In this document: positions 10,823 through 19,836 of the stretch, one piece after another
Layout: each line of letters starts with the position of its first letter
How positions within the stretch are numbered: position 1 is the stretch's first letter
The notes under the pieces: generated by a model
What the model was told of the DNA's origin: nothing
Database searches by the model: none
What the model saw: the letters and a program-made list of their open reading frames with translations, nothing else
Made by a program: the position numbers and the translations under genes
From: an uncultured Gemmataceae bacterium
GTDB lineage: Bacteria; Planctomycetota; Planctomycetia; Gemmatales; Gemmataceae
Length of the DNA stretch: 64,000 nt
NCBI GenBank assembly: GCA_963750165.1
Contig: CAVVPN010000003.1
Coordinates: 2,336,001-2,400,000 of the forward strand
Direction of reading: 5' to 3'

Positions 10823-12040
10823 TCAGAAGGCGATCTGCACTTCCACCATCGGCCCGTGGAAGAACACGCTGCCGGTGTGGGTGCCGGTGCCGTTTGGGTT
10901 GGAGAGGTTGAAGTCGATCTGTTGCGTCGATTCGGGCAAGTCCAGCAGCCACAGCGCCATGTAGCCGGCCCGCACCTTGATCTGGTCCCATAGCAGGAAG
11001 TCCGCGAACACGCCGAGTTCGTACACCTGGCTGAAGTACGTGCTGGTCCGGTGGCTGTCGAAGCCGACAAAGCCGTCGCCACGCTGCAGGGTGTAATTGC
11101 GGCTCATGAAGTCCGCGCCCCAGGCACCCTTACCGTTGATGCCCAGGGCGAAGCGCGACAGGATCGGGTAGGTGAACTCGAAGCCCAGCTGCGGGGCGAC
11201 GATGTTGTTGGTCACGTTCGAGCCGACGGTGGCGACCGATCTGGGGTTGCTCGGCGGGCGTACGATGCCGTCGTCGTCGGTCAAGACGGAGTAGTTATCC
11301 TGGAAATACACGTAGCGCACGCCGAACAGGAAATCGAACCCGGGCGACGTCGAGTAGCGGTAGTTGGCCTCACCGCTGCCGAGCTGCGATTTCAGCTGCT
11401 GCCGCACGATGTCGGACTGCAGCCACAGGTTGTTGGTGTTCTGGAAGCCGAGCGGCGCCGGGTTGACGCCGAACAGCACGTCGATACCGCCCGGCGAGAT
11501 GGTGCTGGCCGTCGAGGTCTGCTGGCCCACGTAAAAGCCGCTGATTTCAAAGGCGTTCTGCCCCTCGCGCCAGCCGGCGGCGGCGCGGACGCCGCCCGTC
11601 ATGCCGGGCTGGACGTTGTTGAAGTTGGCGATGACCGGCGAGCCGAGCGGCGCCTGGTTGCCGCTGTCGAAGTTGGCCGGCAGGCCCGCGATGTTGGAGC
11701 CGGGATCCTTGTAGGCCAGGACGCTGCTGTTCAGGCCCTGCCGCATCAGGCCCATGCCGCCGATGTGGACGTAGAAGCCCTGGCCGGCGCCGCAGCCGGG
11801 GCAGTCGTCGTCGAAGGCGTTCGGGCTGCCGTCGCGCTTGAGCGAGAAGGGCGAGTCGGGCTCCTGCGTGCCGGGGCCGGGCGCTGGGCAGAATTGTGGC
11901 CCGTCCATCGGCGCGGGGCTGTTGGCGAACGTGGGCGGATAGAAGGGCCCGCCGGCTCCGGGTGGCGGCGGCATCTGGGCCTGCGCCCCAGCCGCCAGGC
12001 CGAGCGTGATGAGCGTTGCCTGGATCCACCGCTTAATCAT
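10823..12040 (-). CDS. BBP7-like planctomycete outer-membrane beta-barrel protein
   Basis: Signal peptide, Pro-rich N-terminus, N.IVAPQLG, GKGAWGA and KVRAGYMALWL motifs, C-terminal FFHGPMVEVQIAF ending in Phe. Confidence 0.75.
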   Translation of the reverse strand: MIKRWIQATLITLGLAAGAQAQMPPPPGAGGPFYPPTFANSPAPMDGPQFCPAPGPGTQEPDSPFSLKRDGSPNAFDDDCPGCGAGQGFYVHIGGMGLMRQGLNSSVLAYKDPGSNIAGLPANFDSGNQAPLGSPVIANFNNVQPGMTGGVRAAAGWREGQNAFEISGFYVGQQTSTASTISPGGIDVLFGVNPAPLGFQNTNNLWLQSDIVRQQLKSQLGSGEANYRYSTSPGFDFLFGVRYVYFQDNYSVLTDDDGIVRPPSNPRSVATVGSNVTNNIVAPQLGFEFTYPILSRFALGINGKGAWGADFMSRNYTLQRGDGFVGFDSHRTSTYFSQVYELGVFADFLLWDQIKVRAGYMALWLLDLPESTQQIDFNLSNPNGTGTHTGSVFFHGPMVEVQIAF

Positions 12041-12398
12041 GATTCTTCCCCCTAAACATGCCGGGCGGCCGACCCCCCCTCGCGCGGGAGGCCCCTGCCG
12101 ATGGCGCGAGGCCGGCCGGCATGGCGATCGGTTTCGCGCTCGTTCCTCTTGCTACACCCATCGTCCCACAGGACCGGTACACTTGAGACTTTCGGTACAA
12201 TCGCGCCGTCCTGTACGACCGGCCCAGTCGTGGTAGACTGGTGAAACTGGGCAAGCGCTCCGAGCCGCCGGCAGCGTCGGCGCACCGCGCGGCACCGGCG
12301 CGGCCGGCGCGGCTGCGCCGGGAAATGGGTCGGAAGGGTTGCGGCCGGCCGCCAGCCGGGGTAGCCTCGGGGGAGTGCGGGGTATGTTTAGGAGGCTG

Positions 12399-12653
12399 GG
12401 TAGCCGAAGTCGTGAGACTTCGGTCTGAACTCCCTCGTTGTGGCACGGTCTCCTGACCGTGCCACCGGCTGTGACCTCCCTCGTTGTGGCACGGTCTCCT
12501 GACCGTGCCACCGGCTGTGACCGAAGGTCTCCTCTTTGTGAAACCAGGGGAGACCTTCGGTCGGGGGCCGTGGCTTGGTCCGGAGACCAAGCCACAACAG
12601 GGGAGACCAAGCCACAACAGGGTGGGGTCTGAACTCGCACGAGTTCAGCTACC
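12399..12653. repeat. Composite REP/REPIN cluster
   Basis: Outer GGTAG-hairpin and hairpin-CTACC. Inner 46-bp tandem duplication (12430-12475, 12476-12521) with a gtggcacggtc/gaccgtgccac stem. Further gaccgaaggtctcc/ggagaccttcggtc and gtggcttggtc/gaccaagccac stems. Confidence 0.8.
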
Positions 12654-12672
12654 AATTACCGAGGAACGCACC

Positions 12673-14169
12673 ATGACCAGAACCGCCATCGCCCTGCTGG
12701 GGTTGTTATTCCTGACGGCGCCGGCCGCCGCTCAGGGGCAGGGCAAACCGCTCGTCGATCTCTGGGACGCCGCCTATCTGCAGGGCGGCCGGGCCGGCTA
12801 CGTCCACACCACCGTCCACGTAATCGACCGCAACGGCCAGAAACACCGCCTCACCACCATCGACCTGCACCTGAAGGTGAAGCGCTTCAACGACGTGATC
12901 GCTCTGCACATGACCACCGCCACCGAGGAGACCGCTGCCGGCAAGGTGGTCGCAACCGTCCTGCGGCAGGAGACCGGCAAGAACCAGCACCGGACCATCA
13001 CCGGCGTCGTCAACGGCAAACAGCTGCGGCTGACGGAGAACGGGACGAAGGCGCTGCAGCCGGCGCCGTGGGACGACCGCGTGGTTGGGCAATACCGGCA
13101 GCAGCAGTTGTTCAGGGACTACAAGGTGCAGCCCGGCGACCGCTTCAGTTACTACAGTTTCGAGCCGACCATCAACCTCGTCGTCAACACGCACGTGGCC
13201 GTCAAGGATTACGAACTGGTGGCACTGCCGGGGAGCAAAACGAAAAAGCGACTCTTGCGAGCGGAGGTAAAACCGGACAAGATCGATAACTTCCAGTTGC
13301 CGACGGTGACCTACTGGCTGGGCGCCGACTGGCAGGTGGTGCGTTCGCAGGTGGAGATCCCCGGGCTGGGCCAGATGACGCTGTATCGCACGACGCGCGC
13401 GGACGCCACGGCGTCGGGTCAGGTCGCGGCGCTGACCGACGTGGGCCTCAGCCAGATGATTAAACTGAGCCGGCGCATCCCGCAGCCGCTCGACACCACG
13501 AAGGCGGTGTACCGCATCACCTTCAAGAACGAGGACGACCCGGCGACGGCGCTGGCCCAGGACGGCCGGCAGAAGGTGGTCAAGCAACAGGGCAGCGCCA
13601 TTGAGGTGGTGGTGCAGGCGACGCACGGGCCGAAACCGGGACTGCCGGCGGCGAAGGTGGCGGACGAGTTTCTGCAGAGTTCCTACTTTATCACCTGCAA
13701 CGACGCGAAGGTGAAGGAGCACGCCCGCAAGGCGGTCGGCCTGGAAACGGACCCGTGGAAGAAGGCGCTGCGGATCGAGCGCTGGGTGCACCAGAACATG
13801 ACGAGCGCCAACGATGAGGCGCTGGCGCCGGCGGATCGCGTGGCACGCACTTTGCAAGGAGATTGCACCGAGTACGCGATGTTGACGGCGGCGATGTGCC
13901 GGGCGGCAGGCATTCCCGCGAAGACCGCCATCGGGTTGATCTACGCCGATACGAAGACCGGGCCGGTACTGGCCTTTCACATGTGGACGGAGGTGTGGGT
14001 GCGCAATCAATGGCTGCCGATCGATGGCACCCTGGGCCGCGGCTACGTCGGGGCGACGCACCTGAAGGTGTCGGACCATAGCTGGCACGACACGCAGTCG
14101 CAGACACCGCTGCTGCCGTTGCTGCGGGTGCTGGGCAAGATGTCGGTCGAGGTGGTGGCGGCGCAGTGA
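12673..14169 (+). CDS. Secreted transglutaminase-like domain protein
   Basis: GAGG RBS and signal peptide. Catalytic triad motifs GDCTEYA, HMWTEVW and WLPIDGT. Confidence 0.85.
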   Translation: MTRTAIALLGLLFLTAPAAAQGQGKPLVDLWDAAYLQGGRAGYVHTTVHVIDRNGQKHRLTTIDLHLKVKRFNDVIALHMTTATEETAAGKVVATVLRQETGKNQHRTITGVVNGKQLRLTENGTKALQPAPWDDRVVGQYRQQQLFRDYKVQPGDRFSYYSFEPTINLVVNTHVAVKDYELVALPGSKTKKRLLRAEVKPDKIDNFQLPTVTYWLGADWQVVRSQVEIPGLGQMTLYRTTRADATASGQVAALTDVGLSQMIKLSRRIPQPLDTTKAVYRITFKNEDDPATALAQDGRQKVVKQQGSAIEVVVQATHGPKPGLPAAKVADEFLQSSYFITCNDAKVKEHARKAVGLETDPWKKALRIERWVHQNMTSANDEALAPADRVARTLQGDCTEYAMLTAAMCRAAGIPAKTAIGLIYADTKTGPVLAFHMWTEVWVRNQWLPIDGTLGRGYVGATHLKVSDHSWHDTQSQTPLLPLLRVLGKMSVEVVAAQ

Positions 14170-14178
14170 ACTGAATTC

Positions 14179-14230
14179 GTCCGAGCCCGAGCGCCAGCGC
14201 GGGAGCCCGCGCTGGCGCTCGGGCTCGGAC
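14179..14230. repeat. REP palindrome (AGCCCGAGCGCCAGCG family), related copies at 58080-58140 and 60997-61054
   Basis: Perfect 25-bp inverted repeat with a 2-nt loop just after the stop codon; may also act as a terminator. Confidence 0.85.
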
Positions 14231-14637
14231 AAATATCCCGAACCTGAAAAATCCAAAAACCGTCCGATAGTAAGCGCGAGGCAAACCGTCTATAGTATAG
14301 TGGCCCCCGAACCGCAGCGGCCGGCGCAAGTCCAGACGGCGGCAAGCGTTCGTCCAGGGATGGCCGGGAAACGTCCGATGCGAGGCTGTCAGCATCCCCC
14401 TACCGCAGTGACCAAACGCCCCTGATGGGGCCTCTCGTGCGCGGCAACACCTCGCGGCAAAATGACGTGGAGCGAAAAAAACACTAGCGCAAGGGCCGCC
14501 ACCCATCAGGATAGAAGCAAACCCCGAACACCGGAACAGCGTTGGTCCGCCCAGGAAAACCGGGAAGAGAACGCCGGCCGTCGTGTGGGCAGACATCGCC
14601 ACGGGTCTGAGCCGTGGCTGAACGGAAGAGATTCTCG

Positions 14638-17600
14638 ATGACTCAACAGGAACGGCACGCCTGCAAAAGCCTGTCCGCGACGGTCGCCGCCTCGGTCGCT
14701 GTCGCCACCCTGCCGCCGCGTGCCGCCGACCCGCCCGGCCGCGAAGCCACCTGGGAAGACGTGTACCGCAGCGCCTCGCCCAGCCAGCAACAGGAACTGC
14801 TGACGCTTGCGGGCGCCCAGGGCCTGCTCTACGCCCACCAGCTGCCCCCCGTCAATGGCGCCCGTCCCGCCGCCGACGAGTCCCGCACTCTCCGTCTGCT
14901 GTCCCAGGCCCTCGCCGGTCAGACCGAGGAGCTTGGGCCCGTCCACGTGGCCGCTGTTACCGTCGAGGACGATGCCCTCGACGAACCGCAGCGCGAGGCC
15001 GTCGCCCGCGCCCTGGCGACGCCGGATCTGTGCTTGATCCAGGGCCTGCCCGGCACCGGCAAGTCGCGCGTGGCCGCGGAAATCGTCACGCAGGCGGCCC
15101 GCCGTGGCGAGCGTGTGCTGCTGCTGGCCCCGGCGGCGCCGGCGCTGGACCGTGTGCTCGAACTGGTGCAGGGCCGCGATGTGCTGTGCCCGCTCCGCTG
15201 CCTGGGCCGCGACGAACGCCCTGAACACCTGAGCCCGGCCGCCCGCGCTGCCACCTTCGAGGAGCGCATGCGGACGCTGCGCGAGCACTCGCTGCGCAGC
15301 GCCGCCCAGGCCCGCCACGAGGCCGAGCAGCGCTGTCAGTGCTGCCGTCAGGAAGAACTGCTGTGGCCGCGCCTGCAGGCGCTGGCCGAGGAATGCGACG
15401 GACTGTGTCCCCAGGCGGCGGCGCTCGCGGAAGAGCGCGCCGGTGTCCCCGACGCGGTGCGCCGCCAGGCCGACGCTGACATTGTGGCCGATCAACCCGC
15501 GTTCAGGACCGCCCTGGACGAGGCCGCCCAGGCGCACCGCGAACAGCTGGGCCGGCTCGACGCAGCGCTGATCGACGCCGCCAAGAAGCACACGCAGAAG
15601 CGCCAGGAGCTGGACACGTTGACGGCCGAGCTGACAACGCTGCGGCCGCTGGCGGAGGCCAAGCAGCACGGCCACTGGTGGTCCGGGACGTGGTGGAAGG
15701 CGCGCTTCCAGGGTGATGTGGTCGGCCGGGTCGCGGAACTGGAGAAGCAGCAACAATCGCTCGACGCGGCGCTGGCCAAGCTGGATCAGGACAACCAGGC
15801 GCTGACACAGCAGCGGGTCGAGGCAAAGGAGCAGTACCAGAAGGTCCGCGCCGCCGGCATTGACGCCGAGATCGCGCGGCGGCAGGGCGATCTGGACCGG
15901 CAGCGCGAGCATCTCGACCGGCACCAGGCCCTGCTGCGACAGCACTGGCAAACAGTGACGGCCGGAGTGGACGCGGACCGGTTGCCGGCCGAGATGACCG
16001 TCGCGGCGGTGCAGGCCGCGCTGGCGCGCTGGCAGCAGCGCTTCCAGGACGACGAGGAAAATTGCCGCTTCGCCACGCAGTGGGCGGCCCAGCTGGCGGA
16101 GAGCCTGGAGAGCCTGGCGGCCCGGCTGCCGCGGCTCACCAACCTCGTGGCGGCCACCACGGCGGCGACCGCCGGCGACCTGCTCGGCGAGGCTGGCCCC
16201 TTCGACCTGCTTGTGCTGGAGGAAGCGGATCAGGTCACCGAGTCGGAATTGCTCAAGGCGGTCCGCCGTGCCCGCCGCTGGGTGCTGCTGGGCGAGCCTG
16301 GCCCGGTCGCGGTTGGCCGTGCGGCACCCGCCCTGGCCCGCGCCGCGCCGTTCCACCGGCTCTGGCAGCACCTGCACTGCAACCCGAGCCGGCTGCCCTA
16401 CACCTGGCAGCGCGAGCAGGGCGGTCTGTGCTGCCGGCTGCGGCCGATTACGAACGAGCAGCGGCAGTGGCTGGAACGCGAATCGCTGGCTGACTTCCCC
16501 GAAATCGAGCTGCGCATCCTGGCGGCGCCGCGGGTGCCGCCGGCGCTGGCCGAGGTGGTCTTCCCGCCGTCACTGTCAGTGGCCGAGGCCAAGGAGTTCA
16601 TCTACCGCGAACTGCAGGAGCTGGCCGTGCAGGCGCACGCCAGCAGCCTGGGCTGGCGCGAGTCGGCCGACTGCCTCACGGTCCACCTGAGCGACCATGT
16701 GACGCCGGCCGGTTCCGCGGTGACGCTCGACGAGGGCGTCCGTGAGCTGCTCGGGCCGGGCGACGACGCCACGCCGGTGTGGACCTGCTGCCTGGAGTTT
16801 GACCGCGCCGCCGGCTGGACGCGGCCGCGCGCCGAGGAGTGGCTGCTGACGCACCTGGGCGTGCGCGACCTGAACCGCACCGCCCTGCTGGAGACGCCGC
16901 GGCGCATGACGCCGGCCCTGGCGGCGCTGCTGTCCGACGGCCTGTTGGCGGCGCCGTACCGCCTTGCCGCCGGCGCGGCTCCGGGAGACGGCCCGGCACT
17001 GGAGTTCGTCGCGGTGCCGCCGCTGGGCCGTCGGCGCGAGCCCGCTGGCCGTGACAGCGACCGCCGCCGCAAGGACGGTCCACGCCCCGCCACCGCCGGC
17101 CCGGGACCGCTGCCGCGCCTGGGCGCCGGCCTGGAACTGGATCTGGCCGCGACGCGGCATGGCGGTGACCGACTGCCGGCGGACCTGCGCGCCGCCCTGC
17201 CGAACCGCGGGCTGGTCAACTTCTTTGAAGCGCAGGCGGTCGTTCGCAAGCTGGAAGAACTGTTCGCCGCCGCGGCGCCGCCGGCCAGTGTCGGCGTGCT
17301 GGCGCTGTACCCGGCCCAGGCGGAACTCATTCGGCAGCTGGTGCGGCGCAGTCCGAAACTGACGGCGGCCGCGGAGTCCATCGCCATCGATGTGCCGGCC
17401 GCGTTTCGGCAGCGCGAGTGTGACGTGGCGGTCGTCAGCCTGACACGCAGCCACGGCCACCGGGCGGTGCCCTTCGGCGACGGGCCGGCAGGGCTGCTGC
17501 TGGCGCTGTCGCGCGCCCGGCGGCGGCTGGTGCTGGTGGGTGACCCGGGCACGCTGGCACGGCGCGTGGAGTGGCGCGGCCCCCTCGACCACCTCGACGA

Positions 17601-17709
17601 AGCCGCCGCCGCCGCCGAGGTCCGCCTGCTCGGCCAGCTGTTGCGCTACCTGCAGGGCCAGGGCCGCCACGCCGACGCCTTCCAGCTGAGCGAAGGCGGG
17701 GGCGTATGA
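14638..17709 (+). CDS. SF1 (UPF1/DNA2-like, AAA_11/AAA_12) helicase-like protein with coiled-coil insert and degenerate motifs
   Basis: Q-motif LDEPQREAV, Walker A QGLPGTGKS, Walker B-like LLVLEEADQ, N..EA..V, VGVLALYPAQ and LSRARRRLVLVGD. Confidence 0.8.
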   Translation: MTQQERHACKSLSATVAASVAVATLPPRAADPPGREATWEDVYRSASPSQQQELLTLAGAQGLLYAHQLPPVNGARPAADESRTLRLLSQALAGQTEELGPVHVAAVTVEDDALDEPQREAVARALATPDLCLIQGLPGTGKSRVAAEIVTQAARRGERVLLLAPAAPALDRVLELVQGRDVLCPLRCLGRDERPEHLSPAARAATFEERMRTLREHSLRSAAQARHEAEQRCQCCRQEELLWPRLQALAEECDGLCPQAAALAEERAGVPDAVRRQADADIVADQPAFRTALDEAAQAHREQLGRLDAALIDAAKKHTQKRQELDTLTAELTTLRPLAEAKQHGHWWSGTWWKARFQGDVVGRVAELEKQQQSLDAALAKLDQDNQALTQQRVEAKEQYQKVRAAGIDAEIARRQGDLDRQREHLDRHQALLRQHWQTVTAGVDADRLPAEMTVAAVQAALARWQQRFQDDEENCRFATQWAAQLAESLESLAARLPRLTNLVAATTAATAGDLLGEAGPFDLLVLEEADQVTESELLKAVRRARRWVLLGEPGPVAVGRAAPALARAAPFHRLWQHLHCNPSRLPYTWQREQGGLCCRLRPITNEQRQWLERESLADFPEIELRILAAPRVPPALAEVVFPPSLSVAEAKEFIYRELQELAVQAHASSLGWRESADCLTVHLSDHVTPAGSAVTLDEGVRELLGPGDDATPVWTCCLEFDRAAGWTRPRAEEWLLTHLGVRDLNRTALLETPRRMTPALAALLSDGLLAAPYRLAAGAAPGDGPALEFVAVPPLGRRREPAGRDSDRRRKDGPRPATAGPGPLPRLGAGLELDLAATRHGGDRLPADLRAALPNRGLVNFFEAQAVVRKLEELFAAAAPPASVGVLALYPAQAELIRQLVRRSPKLTAAAESIAIDVPAAFRQRECDVAVVSLTRSHGHRAVPFGDGPAGLLLALSRARRRLVLVGDPGTLARRVEWRGPLDHLDEAAAAAEVRLLGQLLRYLQGQGRHADAFQLSEGGGV

Positions 17710-18755
17710 ACGCCACCGCGAGCCTGACCTTTCCGGGCAGCCGGGCCCTGGCGGCCTGGTGGCGGTTGTTCGCGGGCCTGCGGCCGCAGGCGTTCTGGGT
17801 CGCGCACCTGGCGCTGCACCGCGTTGAGGCCGCCGCTTTGCTCCACATCCCCGATCACGTCGAACCCCTGACCCGCACCCTGCTGAATGCCATCGCCCTG
17901 GAGAACGGCAGCGCCCAACCGCTGCTGCCGCGGTTGCACGGCCGGCTGCACCTGGAGCCGGCGCTGTTGCGGCGCGTGCTGGCCGGGCTGGTCGCCGACG
18001 GGCTGCTGGCGCAGCCGGCCGAGAACGATTGGCGCCTGACACCGGCTGGCCGGCAGGCACTGCAACAGGGTCAGTTCCCGCGGTCGCGGCGCGAGCGGGG
18101 AGCGTTCTACTTTGCCGAGCCGCTGACGCCAGGGACGGGCCGGCCGCCACACTTCCTGGCGCTGGCCCCGGGGTCGGCGCAGCCGTGGGCGCCCGAAGGC
18201 GACTGGGCGTTCGACGTGGCGCTGCTGGCCGGGTGCGTCCACCAGTCGGCGGAGTGGAAGGAGCGCTACGGCTTCCCGACCGAGGTGGCGGCGGTGGCCG
18301 GCGGCGCGACGCCGGCCTCGTGGCTGGATGTGGTGGTGGACCGGCCCGAGCGGCTGCTGGCGGCGCTGCTGCGCGTGGCGACGCCCACAGGGCCGCAGTT
18401 GCAGGCGTTCGCGGCGCGGCCGGAGGGCTGGGCGCTGCAATCGGCGCCGGCGTTCGTCATCAAGGCCGACTGGCACGAGGCGTTTCCCGAACTGACGGGC
18501 GAGCCAACGGAAGGGCAGTGGCGGCAGGCGTGGGCGGAGTGGTGCGAGCCGCGCGACATCACGGCGGCGGAGGCGGAGGCGTGTGTGCTGGAGGCCGCCG
18601 AGGAGCAGTTGCGCGTGGCGGCGCCGGCGGAGGTGATCGACCGCCTGCGGGCCGCCCGCAGCGATGCGCTCAAGGGCGAGGCGTGGCTGCTGGCCGGCGA
18701 CGGGCTGGTGCGGCGGGCGGCGGTAGTGGAGTTGCGGCCGCGGGCGGGCGGCTGA
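17706..18755 (+). CDS. Hypothetical protein with N-terminal winged-helix-like region, translationally coupled to the helicase-like gene
   Basis: ATGA overlap at 17706-17709. LHLEPALLRRVLAGLVADGLL....WRLTPAGRQAL wHTH-like pattern. Confidence 0.75.
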   Translation: MNATASLTFPGSRALAAWWRLFAGLRPQAFWVAHLALHRVEAAALLHIPDHVEPLTRTLLNAIALENGSAQPLLPRLHGRLHLEPALLRRVLAGLVADGLLAQPAENDWRLTPAGRQALQQGQFPRSRRERGAFYFAEPLTPGTGRPPHFLALAPGSAQPWAPEGDWAFDVALLAGCVHQSAEWKERYGFPTEVAAVAGGATPASWLDVVVDRPERLLAALLRVATPTGPQLQAFAARPEGWALQSAPAFVIKADWHEAFPELTGEPTEGQWRQAWAEWCEPRDITAAEAEACVLEAAEEQLRVAAPAEVIDRLRAARSDALKGEAWLLAGDGLVRRAAVVELRPRAGG

Positions 18756-18845
18756 GTCCATCCCGACGCCGGAACCCATCACGGCGCGCCTCCCATCGGC
18801 CCAAAGGTGACAACCAACGGCACCGCCTTTTCCTCTTCTGCCGTC

Positions 18846-19793
18846 TCAACCTCCCTTTCCTCTCGGAATGAACCCGGGAACACCGGTCTCCACCACGCGA
18901 TTAAACCGGACCTGCAACTTGATTCCTTCGCTGATCTCCCGCACGGCCTCTTCAGGAAGGGTGGAGACTTCAAAGTTCTCCTTGATCCGGCTGGGGGTCT
19001 TCGAGGTGGTCAGGAGGGCCGTCCCGCGCTGGATGGCCCAGGCGAGCAAGACCTGCGCCGGGGTCTTGTTGACGCGCCTGGCGATCGCGGTAATGACAGG
19101 ATCGAGCAGCAAGTTGGGCTCGCTACTATGCCCCAGCGCTGCGAACGCTTGCAACACGATGCCATGCTTGCTGCAATAGTCCAACAGGTCCCATTGCGGG
19201 AGATACGGATGGGACTCGACGTGAACCACTGCGGGCTTGATCCGGGCCGCCTCAAAGATTTCTTTCGTCTGGTCCAGGCTGATGTCGGACAATCCGATGG
19301 CCTTGCACTTGCCCTCGTCCACCAGGCCCTCCAACGCCCTCCACGTATCCAGCAATGTCACCCCCTTGTCATAAATCACATTGCCGTTCGCATCCCTCGG
19401 GTCCTGCTCGTCTCCAGGTTGGAAGGCAAAGGGAGTGTGGATGAGATAAAGATCGACGTGGTCGAGCTGGAGTTTCTTGAGACTGGCCTCGAAGGCGGGT
19501 TTGACGCGCTCAGGACGATGATTGTTATTCCAGAGCTTCGTGGCGACAAACACTTCCTCCCGCTTGATCGTCCCCGCCTTGAACACCTCCTGCAGCGCTG
19601 CGCCGACCTCCGTTTCATTTCGGTAGCGTTCCGCAGCGTCGAGCAGGCGAAATCCTGCCTCCAGCGCCGCCCTGGTCGCGGTTCTGGTTGCCACGGGGTC
19701 GGGAATCAGTGTGCCAAAGCCGAGGGCGGGGATGGCACCGGCTCCATTGTTGAGGGCCATCTTCGTATGGCGAAGGTTGTCGCTGTCTACCAT
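18846..19793 (-). CDS. Aldo/keto reductase (AKR1/5-like)
   Basis: IPALGFGT, LDAAERY, FVATKLW, DLYLIHTP, KAIGLS and TPAQVLLAWAIQRG motifs. Confidence 0.9.
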   Translation of the reverse strand: MVDSDNLRHTKMALNNGAGAIPALGFGTLIPDPVATRTATRAALEAGFRLLDAAERYRNETEVGAALQEVFKAGTIKREEVFVATKLWNNNHRPERVKPAFEASLKKLQLDHVDLYLIHTPFAFQPGDEQDPRDANGNVIYDKGVTLLDTWRALEGLVDEGKCKAIGLSDISLDQTKEIFEAARIKPAVVHVESHPYLPQWDLLDYCSKHGIVLQAFAALGHSSEPNLLLDPVITAIARRVNKTPAQVLLAWAIQRGTALLTTSKTPSRIKENFEVSTLPEEAVREISEGIKLQVRFNRVVETGVPGFIPRGKGG

Positions 19794-19836
19794 TGTTTCA
19801 CCCCTCCAATATGAACCAGGTTTCCTGCGTCTTCGA

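Noticed and set aside
12430..12521. Possible CRISPR array (46-bp palindromic direct repeats)
   Set aside because: Only two units, directly abutting with no spacer, and no cas genes. It fits a REP duplication.
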